Origin: Anaerolineae bacterium
GTDB taxonomy: Bacteria > Desulfobacterota > Desulfobacteria > Desulfobacterales > ETH-SRB1
Direction of reading: 5' to 3'
Assembly: GCA_035529315.1 (NCBI GenBank)
Contig: DATKWZ010000016.1
Coordinates: 9,650 to 73,649, forward strand
Length of the DNA stretch: 64,000 nt
Shown piece by piece: positions 33,620 to 43,324 of the stretch (position 1 is its first letter; every line of letters begins with the position of its first letter). The position numbers were made by a program, and so were the translations under genes. The notes below the pieces were generated by a model. It was not told the DNA's origin, made no database searches, and was given only the letters and a program-made list of their open reading frames with translations.

Positions 33620-33637
33620 CTTTTTACGAGCTTATCA
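33620..33637 (+). repeat. CTTTTTACGAGCTTATCA module (copy 3)
   Basis: Forms the 3' end of an intergenic repeat spanning about 33445-33640. Confidence 0.7.
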
Positions 33638-33880
33638 ATTTTGATTGATAACATAAAAAGCTGTTTATTTATACAATAAAATAGCTGTAATATTTTAGTC
33701 TTATGCAACAAACCATCTGCAAAGAGCTTCACGGCGACAGAGTACCCCTCGGAAAGCCGCCACAGGACTTTCATTAACGAGCAGCTTGCAGTTCACTTTA
33801 ATCAGGGTTTGAGTTTGTTGTCAATTTTTGATAATCATGTTATATATTAATCCAAATAAAACATAATACCGGGCAGGAAG

Positions 33881-34327
33881 ATGCGCGCTGTAATACAAAG
33901 AGTAAAAAAGAGTTCTGTATCTGTACACAATGAGATAATCAATGAAATAGGCTCCGGCCTTCTTGTGCTTCTCGGCATAGCTAAAGGGGATGATACTGGT
34001 GGCGCTGAATACCTCGCAGATAAAATAACTAATTTAAGGATCTTTGAAGATGAAAACAACAAGATGAACAGGTCGTTGATTGAAACAGGTGGCGAAATGC
34101 TTGTGGTATCGCAATTTACCCTGCTCGGTGACTGCCGGAAAGGCAGGCGCCCGTCATTTATTGATGCCGCCGAACCGGTGGCGGCTAACGAACTTTACGA
34201 ACAATTTGTAAAAAAGGTTGAGCAAAGGGGCATAACCGTCAAAACCGGCCGATTCCGCGCAATAATGGATATATCTTTAATTAATGACGGACCGATTACT
34301 CTGATTCTTGAAAGCATAAAAACCTAA
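33881..34327 (+). CDS. dtd: D-aminoacyl-tRNA deacylase
   Basis: MRAVIQRV...GLLVLLGI...SQFTL...GRRPSF motifs, 148 aa. Confidence 0.95.
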   Translation: MRAVIQRVKKSSVSVHNEIINEIGSGLLVLLGIAKGDDTGGAEYLADKITNLRIFEDENNKMNRSLIETGGEMLVVSQFTLLGDCRKGRRPSFIDAAEPVAANELYEQFVKKVEQRGITVKTGRFRAIMDISLINDGPITLILESIKT

Positions 34328-34513
34328 TATTTCATAAAACAGGCTCTTTTCTTTTATCAGTTATTATAATATCCTTTTTTATGAAGATAAGATGCTTCCG
34401 GCCCAAAAACCGCTTTACTAAATTATTAATTATAACTGCGCCGCCATTTTGTCAAATATTGAAATGCCATGCCCCGTTGAAACGGGGAAACAAAACCTAT
34501 TAAGGGGAATATA

Positions 34514-35812
34514 TTGAAACCTTCCTTATCATCTGCCTGGATCTTATTGTTTTTCTGTTTCTTGCATTTCGGGCAACCGGAAAATTTATGGGCAAAAAAT
34601 CAATATGCTCAAAACAATCATCCGGCAAAGCGCTCTATAAGCAAGGCGCTTCAAGCCCTGCAACATGACATAGGCAGTAATGATGCTGTGCTTGTCGCAA
34701 ACCAGCAAGGCAAAATTATTTTTTCCAAAAATGCCGAAAAGCCCCTGATTCCCGCTTCCACCCTGAAAATACTGACATCTCTTGTGGCGCTTCATTATTT
34801 AGGCCCTGATTACAGATTCACAACTGAATTCTACATGGATGCAAAGGCAAATCTGAAAATAAAGGGCTACGGCGATCCGCTTTTGATATCAGAAGTCTTA
34901 ACGGAAATATCAAAATCCTTAAGCACCGACCTTTCAATAAAGACTCAAAAAATCAACGATCTTGTTTTAGATGACTCATATTTTACAAAAAAGCTAATAA
35001 TCCCCGGGAAAACAGAATCATTAGAGCCGTATGATGCGCCAAACGGCGCCTTGTGCGTCAATTTTAACACTGTTTATTTTAAACAGCTTAAAGACGGCTC
35101 CTTTATCAGCGCTGAGCCTCAGACACCTCTTTTGCCGATCGCTTTTAAAAGGATTAAACAATCCGGCCTCAAAAAGGAAAGAATAGTGCTTACTCATGCT
35201 GAAAATGAAATTACACTCTATGCCGGACATCTTTTTCAATATTTCCTGAATAAGGAAGGAATCAAAATAAAGGGGAAGATAAGATTAGGAAAGGTTCGGA
35301 AAGACAAAGATAAACTAATTTATCAATATACTTCACAATTTACCTTAAAACAGATAATACCAAAACTACTTGAGCATTCAAACAACTTTATGGCAAACCA
35401 GATATTAATTGCGACAGGGGCAAAGGTTTTCGGTCCTCCTGGAACACTGGCCAAAGGGATACTCGCGGCATCAACTTATGTAAAAAACGTGCTTAATATA
35501 GACAACATTTGCCTTGTTGAAGGCTCTGGAATATCTAAAAAAAACAGGATTTCCGCAAAGAATCTGGCTGAAATTATCAAACAATTTGAACCATACTACA
35601 ATTTAATGCGCCGCTCAAACAGAGAGTATTATAAATCAGGAACATTAAAGGGCATAACAACAAGGATAGGCTATATTGAAAATAAAAAAGGGGAAGTGTA
35701 TCGCTTTGCAGTAATGCTGAACTCGCCCGGCAAATCAATGCAAAACATTATGGACAGTGTTCATCAGATAGTTGATTATGAGAGCTATGCCTTCGTTCCC
35801 CCGCTCCCTTAG
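34514..35812 (+). CDS. dacB: D-alanyl-D-alanine carboxypeptidase/endopeptidase (PBP4, S13 family)
   Basis: Signal peptide, the SxxK motif in PASTLKIL, and the KTG-like motif KSGTLKG. TTG start preceded by AAGGGGA. Confidence 0.8.
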   Translation: MKPSLSSAWILLFFCFLHFGQPENLWAKNQYAQNNHPAKRSISKALQALQHDIGSNDAVLVANQQGKIIFSKNAEKPLIPASTLKILTSLVALHYLGPDYRFTTEFYMDAKANLKIKGYGDPLLISEVLTEISKSLSTDLSIKTQKINDLVLDDSYFTKKLIIPGKTESLEPYDAPNGALCVNFNTVYFKQLKDGSFISAEPQTPLLPIAFKRIKQSGLKKERIVLTHAENEITLYAGHLFQYFLNKEGIKIKGKIRLGKVRKDKDKLIYQYTSQFTLKQIIPKLLEHSNNFMANQILIATGAKVFGPPGTLAKGILAASTYVKNVLNIDNICLVEGSGISKKNRISAKNLAEIIKQFEPYYNLMRRSNREYYKSGTLKGITTRIGYIENKKGEVYRFAVMLNSPGKSMQNIMDSVHQIVDYESYAFVPPLP

Positions 35813-37059
35813 TGCTTAAAACTCCTTTGTCCCGTATATACCATTGTAACATCTAACTCATTGCATGCCTCAATCGACTGATAGTCATTATTAGAACCGC
35901 CAGGCTGAATCACAGCGGAAATACCTTCATTCAGGCCGACTTCAACACCATCCCTGAACGGGAAAAATGCATCACTAACCATTGCAGAACCGATCAGCCC
36001 GCCCTTCTCGTCTGCGACTCTGCTGTCAATCTCTTCCTTTTTATCCTTGTCTTTTAATTCATTATAAGGAATTTGATACATCTCAAAACAGTAACGGTCG
36101 GCAAGCTTTCGATATGCTTTATCTCTGGCTATCTCGGCAACCCCTACCCTGTCCTGTTCTCCTGTGCCAACACCAACTGTTACCAGATCCTTTACAAAAA
36201 TAACCGAGTTAGATGTAACTCCTGACTCAACCAGCCATCCAAACAGCATATCATTATATTCCTTCTCTGTCGGCTCCCGGTTAACTTTGTAATTTTTCCC
36301 TTTGTATTCACACTCAGCTATCTTAAGATCATCTTTCGTCCGGGCAGCGGGTACAAAAGACCACTGGGCAACAATACCGCCATCAATAAGACTTTTGAAT
36401 TCTACAAATCTCTGCCCGACAAAATCTGTTAATCTGTCTATATTTCCTATTCTTACTACCCTGAGGTTTTTCTTCTTTGCAAAAATATCCATAACCCCGG
36501 CTTCAAAGTCAGGAGCTACCACAACTTCAGCATATTGCCTGTTAATCGCTTCTGCCGTTGCTTTATCAACAGCCCTGTTTACAGCGATACAACCACCAAA
36601 TGCAGCAACTCTGTCTGCCATATTAGCCTTAATATAGGCATCCTCAAGTGTATCAGACTGGGCGACCCCGCATGGATTGTTGTGCTTTACAATTACCACA
36701 GTGGGTTTGTCTTTAAAATATCTCAGGATATTAAGGGAATTATCGGCATCGGTTAAATTTGTCTTGCCGGGATGCTTGCCTGACTGCAAAAGCTCAATAT
36801 CCGACACCAGATACTGGCCGGGCTGTATAATTTCTGTTTCTGCAAGGATCAGATTCCCATTAACAAGTTTGTAAAGTGCGGCTTCCTGTCCTGGATTTTC
36901 ACCGTATCTTAAGCCTTTTTCAACATTATCTATAGTCCAGGTAACTTTTTCATAAAAAAGAGTCTGCCTTTTATCTTTGTCCACAAAGCTGATTTCCATA
37001 TTCGGCGTAAAATGGTCATCCATGATTGTTTTATATATTTTCTTTAGATCTTCAGCCAT
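35809..37059 (-). CDS. purH: AICAR formyltransferase domain protein (C-terminal half of PurH as a separate gene)
   Basis: YGENPGQEAALY, VKHNNPCG and QPGGS motifs, 416 aa. Confidence 0.85.
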   Translation of the reverse strand: MAEDLKKIYKTIMDDHFTPNMEISFVDKDKRQTLFYEKVTWTIDNVEKGLRYGENPGQEAALYKLVNGNLILAETEIIQPGQYLVSDIELLQSGKHPGKTNLTDADNSLNILRYFKDKPTVVIVKHNNPCGVAQSDTLEDAYIKANMADRVAAFGGCIAVNRAVDKATAEAINRQYAEVVVAPDFEAGVMDIFAKKKNLRVVRIGNIDRLTDFVGQRFVEFKSLIDGGIVAQWSFVPAARTKDDLKIAECEYKGKNYKVNREPTEKEYNDMLFGWLVESGVTSNSVIFVKDLVTVGVGTGEQDRVGVAEIARDKAYRKLADRYCFEMYQIPYNELKDKDKKEEIDSRVADEKGGLIGSAMVSDAFFPFRDGVEVGLNEGISAVIQPGGSNNDYQSIEACNELDVTMVYTGQRSFKH

Positions 37060-37070
37060 TTATATCTCCT

Positions 37071-37751
37071 TTAAAAACCCTTATAACAGCTTTTTGCATC
37101 GTTAGATGATTTAGAACCAAAAAAATCTGCAATAGTGCGATCATAAACTGCCGTGTGCGCAAAAGCCTTTTGCGCCAGATTAAAACGAAGTTCAAGAGAG
37201 GTCTTACCGTCATTTGCTTTTATTTCAGAAATAATCTTTTCATAATCCGATGGTTCAACAACAGATGCAACCCGCAAAAAATTCTTTGCTGACGCCCTTA
37301 TCATACAGGGACCGCCTATATCTATATTACCCCTGGCCTGCTCAACTGTTACTCCTTGTTTTGAAATAGTTTCTTTAAAAGGATACAGATTGCAAACAAC
37401 CATATCAATAGGCATTGAACCCGTCCTGTTCAAGTCATCTTTATGTGCATCATTATAAGTCTCGGTAAGAAGACCAAGATATATCTTAAAATCCAGTGTT
37501 TTAACAAGCCCCCCCTGAGTTTCAGGCTGCCCTGTGTAATCTGACACCTGTGTCAGGCAGGATGCGGCATCAGAGCCGAGTATCTCTTTTATACTGCTGT
37601 ATGTGCCTCCGGTTGAAAAAATTTTTAGCTCAGGATTTACTGAAAGCAGCTCCGGTATTAGCCTGTCGAGGCCATTTTTGTCTGAAACACTTACAAGTAT
37701 GTGCTTCACCGTAATTAAATCATCGATCCTTTCAACAACATTAATACTCAT
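37071..37751 (-). CDS. MGS-like IMP cyclohydrolase domain protein (N-terminal half of PurH as a separate gene)
   Basis: ILVSVSDKNGL...FSTGGT...NLYPF...NIDIGGPCMIRASAKN motifs, 226 aa. The gene ends 11 nt upstream of the AICARFT gene. Confidence 0.8.
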   Translation of the reverse strand: MSINVVERIDDLITVKHILVSVSDKNGLDRLIPELLSVNPELKIFSTGGTYSSIKEILGSDAASCLTQVSDYTGQPETQGGLVKTLDFKIYLGLLTETYNDAHKDDLNRTGSMPIDMVVCNLYPFKETISKQGVTVEQARGNIDIGGPCMIRASAKNFLRVASVVEPSDYEKIISEIKANDGKTSLELRFNLAQKAFAHTAVYDRTIADFFGSKSSNDAKSCYKGF

Positions 37752-38033
37752 CGTCCCTACCTTATTCTCTCATATTTTCTAAAAACCGTTTTATAAGTTC
37801 AGCCACAAAGTCACAAAGGAAGAATTCATTCCCCAAAAAAATTACAGATATTGCTTTTTGCCTGCATAAAAATAAGTAATAATTTTAGAATCTTAATGCC
37901 TTTGCGACCTTATGGTTGATCTATTACCATTTATGTAATTTTTATGTTATTATATAAATAGTGTCAAGAATTATGTGTAAAAGGGGAAACCGCTTTTTCT
38001 ATTGTCACGGCTACTTTTTCCCCAAAATTCCAT

Positions 38034-39683
38034 TTGCAATTCGATAAGTTTACGCATAGTTTATTCTCATTAATATTTCGGAGACCTTTATTATTGAAGA
38101 CGAATAAAAACAACACCGGCTGGATAAGACATGTTTCTATCACTCCCCCGACTCTGCAAAACAATACCGCAGATGCTGATCGGCTTATAGGAGAATTAAA
38201 AAGCAAACTTGATACCGATGCCGTTGATATAGACCTTTACTTATTAAAAAGGTTGCCGGATCTTTTAAGGAGATGCGAATACAATGTCGACTGCATCCTT
38301 TTCAAGGATCGGAAAAGGTGGCTTGTTACAGGTATTACGCATCCGCAGGATACAAGTCCCATATACGGCCTGGCCGTTGATCTCGGCACCACCAGAATTG
38401 TCTTGCGCCTTATAGATCTTTCAACAGGCCGGATTCCGGCAGAAACATCTTTTGACAATCCTCAAATATCAGCAGGACCCGACATACTGACAAGGATACA
38501 CTTTGCAGACCAGGATGGAGGGCTGAACAGGCTCAACAAAATGATTATCGACGGCCTTAACCGAATGATCATAAAATTGTGCGATTCCTGTAAAATAAAG
38601 CCACATAACATATACTCCCTTTCTGTGGCCGGCAATACAGCCATGACCCATCTCTTCATGGGTCTTAGTCCTCACTGGATAATACGTGAGCCATATATTC
38701 CGGTTATAAACAGACCCGGACTTGTAAAGGCTGAAGAGCTGGGAATCAAGGTTAATCCTGCGGCCAGAGTTCTGATCTTTCCAAATGTCGGCAGCTACTT
38801 TGGTGGAGACCTGATCGCAGGAATTCTGTTTTCCGGCTTAAACAAAACAGAGGATACGGCTATTCTGGTTGACGTTGGGACAAATGCAGAGGTTGTATTA
38901 GGAAATAGACACTGGCTTATTGCCTGTGCCGGAGCAGCCGGGCCTGCCCTGGAATGCGGAGTAACAGGGATTGGCATGATGGCGGGCCCAGGGGTGGTTG
39001 ATCGGGTTGCGATTGATCATGATACTTATAATATTCAATTGCATACCATTGACAATATGCCGCCTAAAGGGATTTGCGGTTCAGGTCTGATAGACCTTGC
39101 AGCCCACCTTTTTCTTTGTGGCATGATCGACATCAAGGGCAAGATACTGCCGTCGATATGCGGCAGCATATTAAAGGAGAAAGAAGGTATCAGGCATCTT
39201 GTGGTAGTACCTGCAATAGATTCCGCCACAGGGTCTGACCTTACTATAAGTCAGGCAGAGATTGACATCCTTATCAGATCCAAGGCTGCCATGTATACAA
39301 TACTTGAAACTGTTACATCTTCTGTTGGAATCTCTTTTAATGATCTTTCGACATTTTATGTGGCAGGCACCTTTGGATCTTTTATCAATCCCAGGTCTGC
39401 CATCTCTATTGGAATGCTTCCTGATTTGCCGATTGACCGTTATAAATCACTGGGCAACAGCTCTATTGGCGGAGCAACCATGGCGCTTACATCGAGTGAG
39501 TGTTTAGATGAGATCGATAAGATCAGAGACAGCGTTACCTATCTTGAATTAAATGTAAATCAGGAATTCATGAACAGATTCAGCGCTGCCGGATTTCTAC
39601 CCCATACTGATCCCTCGCTTTTTCGCTCGGTGAAGGTGTGTGCCCGCATCTCCCCTCCGCACAAGCCTTTAGCGGCAGGATAA
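38034..39683 (+). CDS. ASKHA-fold corrinoid reductive activase-like protein (RACo/DUF4445-like) lacking an N-terminal [2Fe-2S] domain
   Basis: YGLAVDLGTTRIV is the ASKHA phosphate-1 motif, with GICGSGLID and YVAGTFGSF also present. The start is uncertain: TTG 38034 or an in-frame TTG about 60 nt downstream. Confidence 0.75.
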   Translation: MQFDKFTHSLFSLIFRRPLLLKTNKNNTGWIRHVSITPPTLQNNTADADRLIGELKSKLDTDAVDIDLYLLKRLPDLLRRCEYNVDCILFKDRKRWLVTGITHPQDTSPIYGLAVDLGTTRIVLRLIDLSTGRIPAETSFDNPQISAGPDILTRIHFADQDGGLNRLNKMIIDGLNRMIIKLCDSCKIKPHNIYSLSVAGNTAMTHLFMGLSPHWIIREPYIPVINRPGLVKAEELGIKVNPAARVLIFPNVGSYFGGDLIAGILFSGLNKTEDTAILVDVGTNAEVVLGNRHWLIACAGAAGPALECGVTGIGMMAGPGVVDRVAIDHDTYNIQLHTIDNMPPKGICGSGLIDLAAHLFLCGMIDIKGKILPSICGSILKEKEGIRHLVVVPAIDSATGSDLTISQAEIDILIRSKAAMYTILETVTSSVGISFNDLSTFYVAGTFGSFINPRSAISIGMLPDLPIDRYKSLGNSSIGGATMALTSSECLDEIDKIRDSVTYLELNVNQEFMNRFSAAGFLPHTDPSLFRSVKVCARISPPHKPLAAG

Positions 39684-39718
39684 CCTTGAACTACAACATG
39701 TTGCGTCACTTTTTTTTC

Positions 39719-39747
39719 TTGACACACAATTTAATTATACCTATATT
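39719..39747 (+). promoter_or_regulatory. Consensus-like sigma70 promoter (TTGACA-17 nt-TATATT)
   Basis: -35 hexamer at 39719-39724 and -10 hexamer at 39742-39747, about 70 nt upstream of the CBS/ACT gene. Confidence 0.6.
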
Positions 39748-39818
39748 TTACTAAACCGGTTAAAAGCTAATGGCATAAAATAATAAAAATACAGGTTGCG
39801 AGCAATGGAGGAAATATT

Positions 39819-40511
39819 ATGTTAGTTAAGGGATGGATGTCAAGCGATGTAGTTTCGGTCGAAGAAGAGACTTCTATGATGAAGGCTTCCGTCCTTATGA
39901 AGGAGAACAATATTCGTCGTCTTCCTGTAGTCAGAAAAGGAAAATTGGTTGGGATTGTTACCGATACGGACTTAAAAGAGGCTTCTCCATCAAAGGCGAC
40001 CACTCTGGATATCTATGAAATAAGTTATCTGCTATCTGAGATTAAAGTCAAAAAATTGATGACAAAAGATGTAATTTATGTGAGACCTGATGAGACAATT
40101 GAACTCGCAGCGGTCTTGATGCTCGAAAACAAGATTTCAGGACTTCCGGTAGTAAATGATCAACACAATTTAATCGGCGTTATTACCCAAACAGATGTAT
40201 TTAAAGCTTTAATCCATATTACCGGAGTATACAGCGGCGATATCCAGTTTGCTCTCTGCCTGAAAGATAAACCCGGATCAGTGCATGAAACCGCAGATGT
40301 TATTCGCGGTATGGGCGGTCGTCTTGTGAGTATACTTACAAGCTATGACCTGGCGGATAAAGGGTACAGAAATGTCTATTTTCGCATTCAGCATATGGAA
40401 CAGGAACAGCTGGCAAAACTAGTCGATATTTTGGAAGAGAAATTTACAGTACTATATACAGTCAAAGAATCTTTGAAAAAACTTGCAGACAGGCGGATGC
40501 ATGAAGATTAA
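39819..40511 (+). CDS. CBS-pair + ACT domain protein (AcuB-like)
   Basis: Two CBS motifs (IRRLPVV..GKLVGIVTDTD and ISGLPVV...LIGVITQTD) are followed by an ACT-like C-terminus. Confidence 0.85.
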   Translation: MLVKGWMSSDVVSVEEETSMMKASVLMKENNIRRLPVVRKGKLVGIVTDTDLKEASPSKATTLDIYEISYLLSEIKVKKLMTKDVIYVRPDETIELAAVLMLENKISGLPVVNDQHNLIGVITQTDVFKALIHITGVYSGDIQFALCLKDKPGSVHETADVIRGMGGRLVSILTSYDLADKGYRNVYFRIQHMEQEQLAKLVDILEEKFTVLYTVKESLKKLADRRMHED

Positions 40512-40571
40512 GAATTATCAATTCATCCACTAACCACCCCAATCATCTATCCGTGCGTCAGCAATTCTCGG

Positions 40572-41327
40572 TTATGTCGACGCTATAATTGCATCCTTTA
40601 TTCTTTTGATCGCCGAAACTGCATCGCCACCAACATCAAACGGCGACTGCTCATTGATATCCGCCTGTATCAGATTATTATCATACGGAATTGCGCCGAT
40701 CACGGATATTCCGAGTCTGTCCAGATTCTCGCTGATTGCGCCGATATCGCGCTCGCTTGCTCTGTTGATTACGGCAGACAATCTTCCGATTCCGATCTTT
40801 TTACTTAATTTCCGTATCCGCGCCGCTGTCTCGATTGATCTGGTTCCAGGCTCGACCACCACGATCATCAGATCAACACCGCTGGCGGTTCCGCGTCCGA
40901 GATGCTCAATGCCGGCCTCCATATCAAGGATCACAATGCTCTGTTCCTTAAGCAGCACATGGCGCAGCAACGCACGCAGCAGCGAGGATGCGGGACACAT
41001 GCATCCCGACCCTCCCTTGTCGATAGTTCCCATGGTCAGCATTGAAACACCATGTTCGGTTACACCAAATCGACAAGCAATGTCATCTACCTTTGGGTTC
41101 AGCTTGAAGATACCCCCTATGCCTGTGCCTGCACGTTCTTCGATTAGTTTTTTATGTTCGGTGAGTGGAACCGGTGGGTTTTTAATGCCGATGGCAGATG
41201 CCAGGTTCATGTCAGGATCGGCATCGATTGCAAGAACTGCAAAGCCGTCCGCTGCGAAAAGGCGGGCAAGCGTGCCCGCGAGTGTGGTCTTGCCGACACC
41301 GCCTTTGCCTGTGATTGCGATTTTCAT
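40572..41327 (-). CDS. cooC: CODH/ACS nickel-insertion ATPase (CooC/AcsF family)
   Basis: MKIAITGKGGVGKTTLA is the deviant Walker A motif, and GSGCMCP is the CxC metal motif. ATG 41327 is preferred over the ORF-track TTG at 41366. Confidence 0.9.
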   Translation of the reverse strand: MKIAITGKGGVGKTTLAGTLARLFAADGFAVLAIDADPDMNLASAIGIKNPPVPLTEHKKLIEERAGTGIGGIFKLNPKVDDIACRFGVTEHGVSMLTMGTIDKGGSGCMCPASSLLRALLRHVLLKEQSIVILDMEAGIEHLGRGTASGVDLMIVVVEPGTRSIETAARIRKLSKKIGIGRLSAVINRASERDIGAISENLDRLGISVIGAIPYDNNLIQADINEQSPFDVGGDAVSAIKRIKDAIIAST

Positions 41328-41460
41328 TGTTATTCCTATAGATAAACTCTCTTTTGGGTAGGCCAAAAAGTAGGGGTAATTGAATTATGTGTCAAGAGAA
41401 AAAGCAACCAGCAACCAGCAATAAAATTTGTTGTTGCATAAAAAAATAGATATTTTATGC

Positions 41461-41489
41461 TTGACTAAATAAAGCGTGCTATTTATAAA
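41461..41489 (+). promoter_or_regulatory. Sigma70-type promoter candidate (TTGACT-17 nt-TATAAA) upstream of fhs
   Basis: -35 hexamer at 41461-41466 and -10 hexamer at 41484-41489, in an AT-rich divergent region between cooC and fhs. Confidence 0.5.
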
Positions 41490-41549
41490 GATTAAATAAA
41501 TAAATGTGATTCAGTAAATTATTTAAATACAGAAAAAGGGGGGGGAATC

Positions 41550-43313
41550 ATGGCTCTCGATCCAACCAGATATAAAGACTGGGAAGTTGCCGAACATGCT
41601 GAAAAGAGCATGAAAACAGTTTATCAATTAGGAGAGGAGCTCGGATTGGAGAAAGAGGAGCTCCTTCCGCATGGACATTATGTAGCAAAAATCGATTTCG
41701 CAAAGGTTTTAAAACGCTTAAAAGATAAACCAGACGGTAAATATATTGATGTTACCGCCATTACTCCCACCCCGCTTGGAGAAGGCAAAAGCACTTCTGC
41801 CATGGGATTGGTGTCCGGGCTTGGCAAGCGAGGAAAACGGGTTGTCGGCGCTATCCGTCAACCTTCCGGTGGCCCGACCATGAACATAAAAGGGAGTGCG
41901 GCAGGCGGCGGCCTGGCCCAGTGTATCCCTCTTGCTCCGTTTTCATTAGGGCTTACAGGTGATATTAACGCCATCATGAATGCGCATAATCTGGCCATGG
42001 TAGCTTTGACAGCCAGGATGCAGCATGAAAACAACTATTCTGACGAGATACTGGCGGAAAAAAATCTGAAACGGCTCGATATTAATCCCAAAAATGTGGA
42101 AATGGGATGGATTATCGATTTTTGCGCTCAATCGCTCAGGAATATTATTATAGGCCTTGGCGGAAAAATGGATGGTTTCCCCATGCAGTCTAAATTCGGT
42201 ATTGCCGTAAGCTCGGAAATAATGGCTATTCTGGCGGTTGCCACCGACCTGAAAGACATGCGTGAGAGGATGGGAAAAATCGTTGTTGCCTATAACAAAA
42301 AAGGGGAGCCTGTTACCACGGCAGACCTTGAGGTTGACGGCGCCATGACCGCATGGATGGTGGAAGCGCTCAATCCTAATCTTCTTCAGACCTTAGAAGG
42401 GCAGCCGGTATTTGTACACGCGGGACCCTTTGCAAATATTGCAATAGGCCAGTCATCCATTATAGCTGACAGGGTTGGGCTGAAACTTGCGGACTACAAT
42501 GTTACGGAAAGTGGTTTTGGGGCGGATATCGGATTTGAAAAATTCTGGAATTTAAAATGCCGTTTTAGTGGCTTGAAACCGCATTGCGCTGTGCTTGTAG
42601 CGACTATTCGCGCGTTGAAATGTCATGGCGGAGGACCTCCCCTGCCCCCAGGAAAATCAATGGATCCGGCCTACCTTGAGGAGCATGTGGACTGGGTGGA
42701 AAAGGGTTGTGAAAATCTGGTTCATCACATAAAAACGGTAAAGAAAGCAGGGATTAACCCAGTGGTCTGCATCAATTCCTTTTACACCGACACCAAGGAT
42801 GAGATAGCGGCTGTTCGCAGATCCGCAGAGGCCGCAGGCGCCCGCGTTGCCATTTCCGAACACTGGCTTAAAGGTGGTGACGGGGCTCTGGAATTTGCCG
42901 ATGCAGTTGTTGATGCGTGTGAGGAGGAAAACGATTTCCACTTTCTTTACGATATTGAAACTCCCCTGCGCGCGAAGATTGAATTGATTGCCAAAGAGGT
43001 ATATGGCGCGGACGGTGTAAGTTATACCCCGGAGGCTGAGTCTAAAGCAAAGAGGATAGAACAGGATCCTGAACTGGCAAATTTGGGAACATGTATGGTC
43101 AAAACTCATCTAAGTCTTTCTCATGATCCGGCTAAAAAAGGTGTGCCAACGGAATGGACTCTTCCTGTCCGGGATATCCTGACCTATAAAGGGGCGGGAT
43201 TCGTGGTGCCGGTAGCGGGGGCAATAAGTCTGATGCCTGGAACAGCTTCTGATCCTGCTTACAGGCGTGTTGATGTAGATGTGGAGACCGGAAAGGTAAA
43301 GGGGCTTTTTTAA
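41550..43313 (+). CDS. fhs: Formate--tetrahydrofolate ligase
   Basis: [11 protein letters not shown] and [13 protein letters not shown] motifs, 587 aa. Confidence 0.97.
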   Translation: MALDPTRYKDWEVAEHAEKSMKTVYQLGEELGLEKEELLPHGHYVAKIDFAKVLKRLKDKPDGKYIDVTAITPTPLGEGKSTSAMGLVSGLGKRGKRVVGAIRQPSGGPTMNIKGSAAGGGLAQCIPLAPFSLGLTGDINAIMNAHNLAMVALTARMQHENNYSDEILAEKNLKRLDINPKNVEMGWIIDFCAQSLRNIIIGLGGKMDGFPMQSKFGIAVSSEIMAILAVATDLKDMRERMGKIVVAYNKKGEPVTTADLEVDGAMTAWMVEALNPNLLQTLEGQPVFVHAGPFANIAIGQSSIIADRVGLKLADYNVTESGFGADIGFEKFWNLKCRFSGLKPHCAVLVATIRALKCHGGGPPLPPGKSMDPAYLEEHVDWVEKGCENLVHHIKTVKKAGINPVVCINSFYTDTKDEIAAVRRSAEAAGARVAISEHWLKGGDGALEFADAVVDACEEENDFHFLYDIETPLRAKIELIAKEVYGADGVSYTPEAESKAKRIEQDPELANLGTCMVKTHLSLSHDPAKKGVPTEWTLPVRDILTYKGAGFVVPVAGAISLMPGTASDPAYRRVDVDVETGKVKGLF

Positions 43314-43324
43314 GGAGATTATAA

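Noticed and set aside
37752-37960. ZTP or THF riboswitch upstream of split purH, fhs or folD
   Set aside because: No GGGTCGTGAC...CCGCCTGGGC-type ZTP core or THF-like fold elements are visible in 37752-37960 or 41367-41549. Both regions are simple AT-rich promoter spacers.
40606-41361. 251-aa ORF antisense to cooC
   Set aside because: The minus-strand frame encodes the CooC Walker A and CxC motifs. The + strand ORF is a Ser/Pro/Ile-rich shadow frame.
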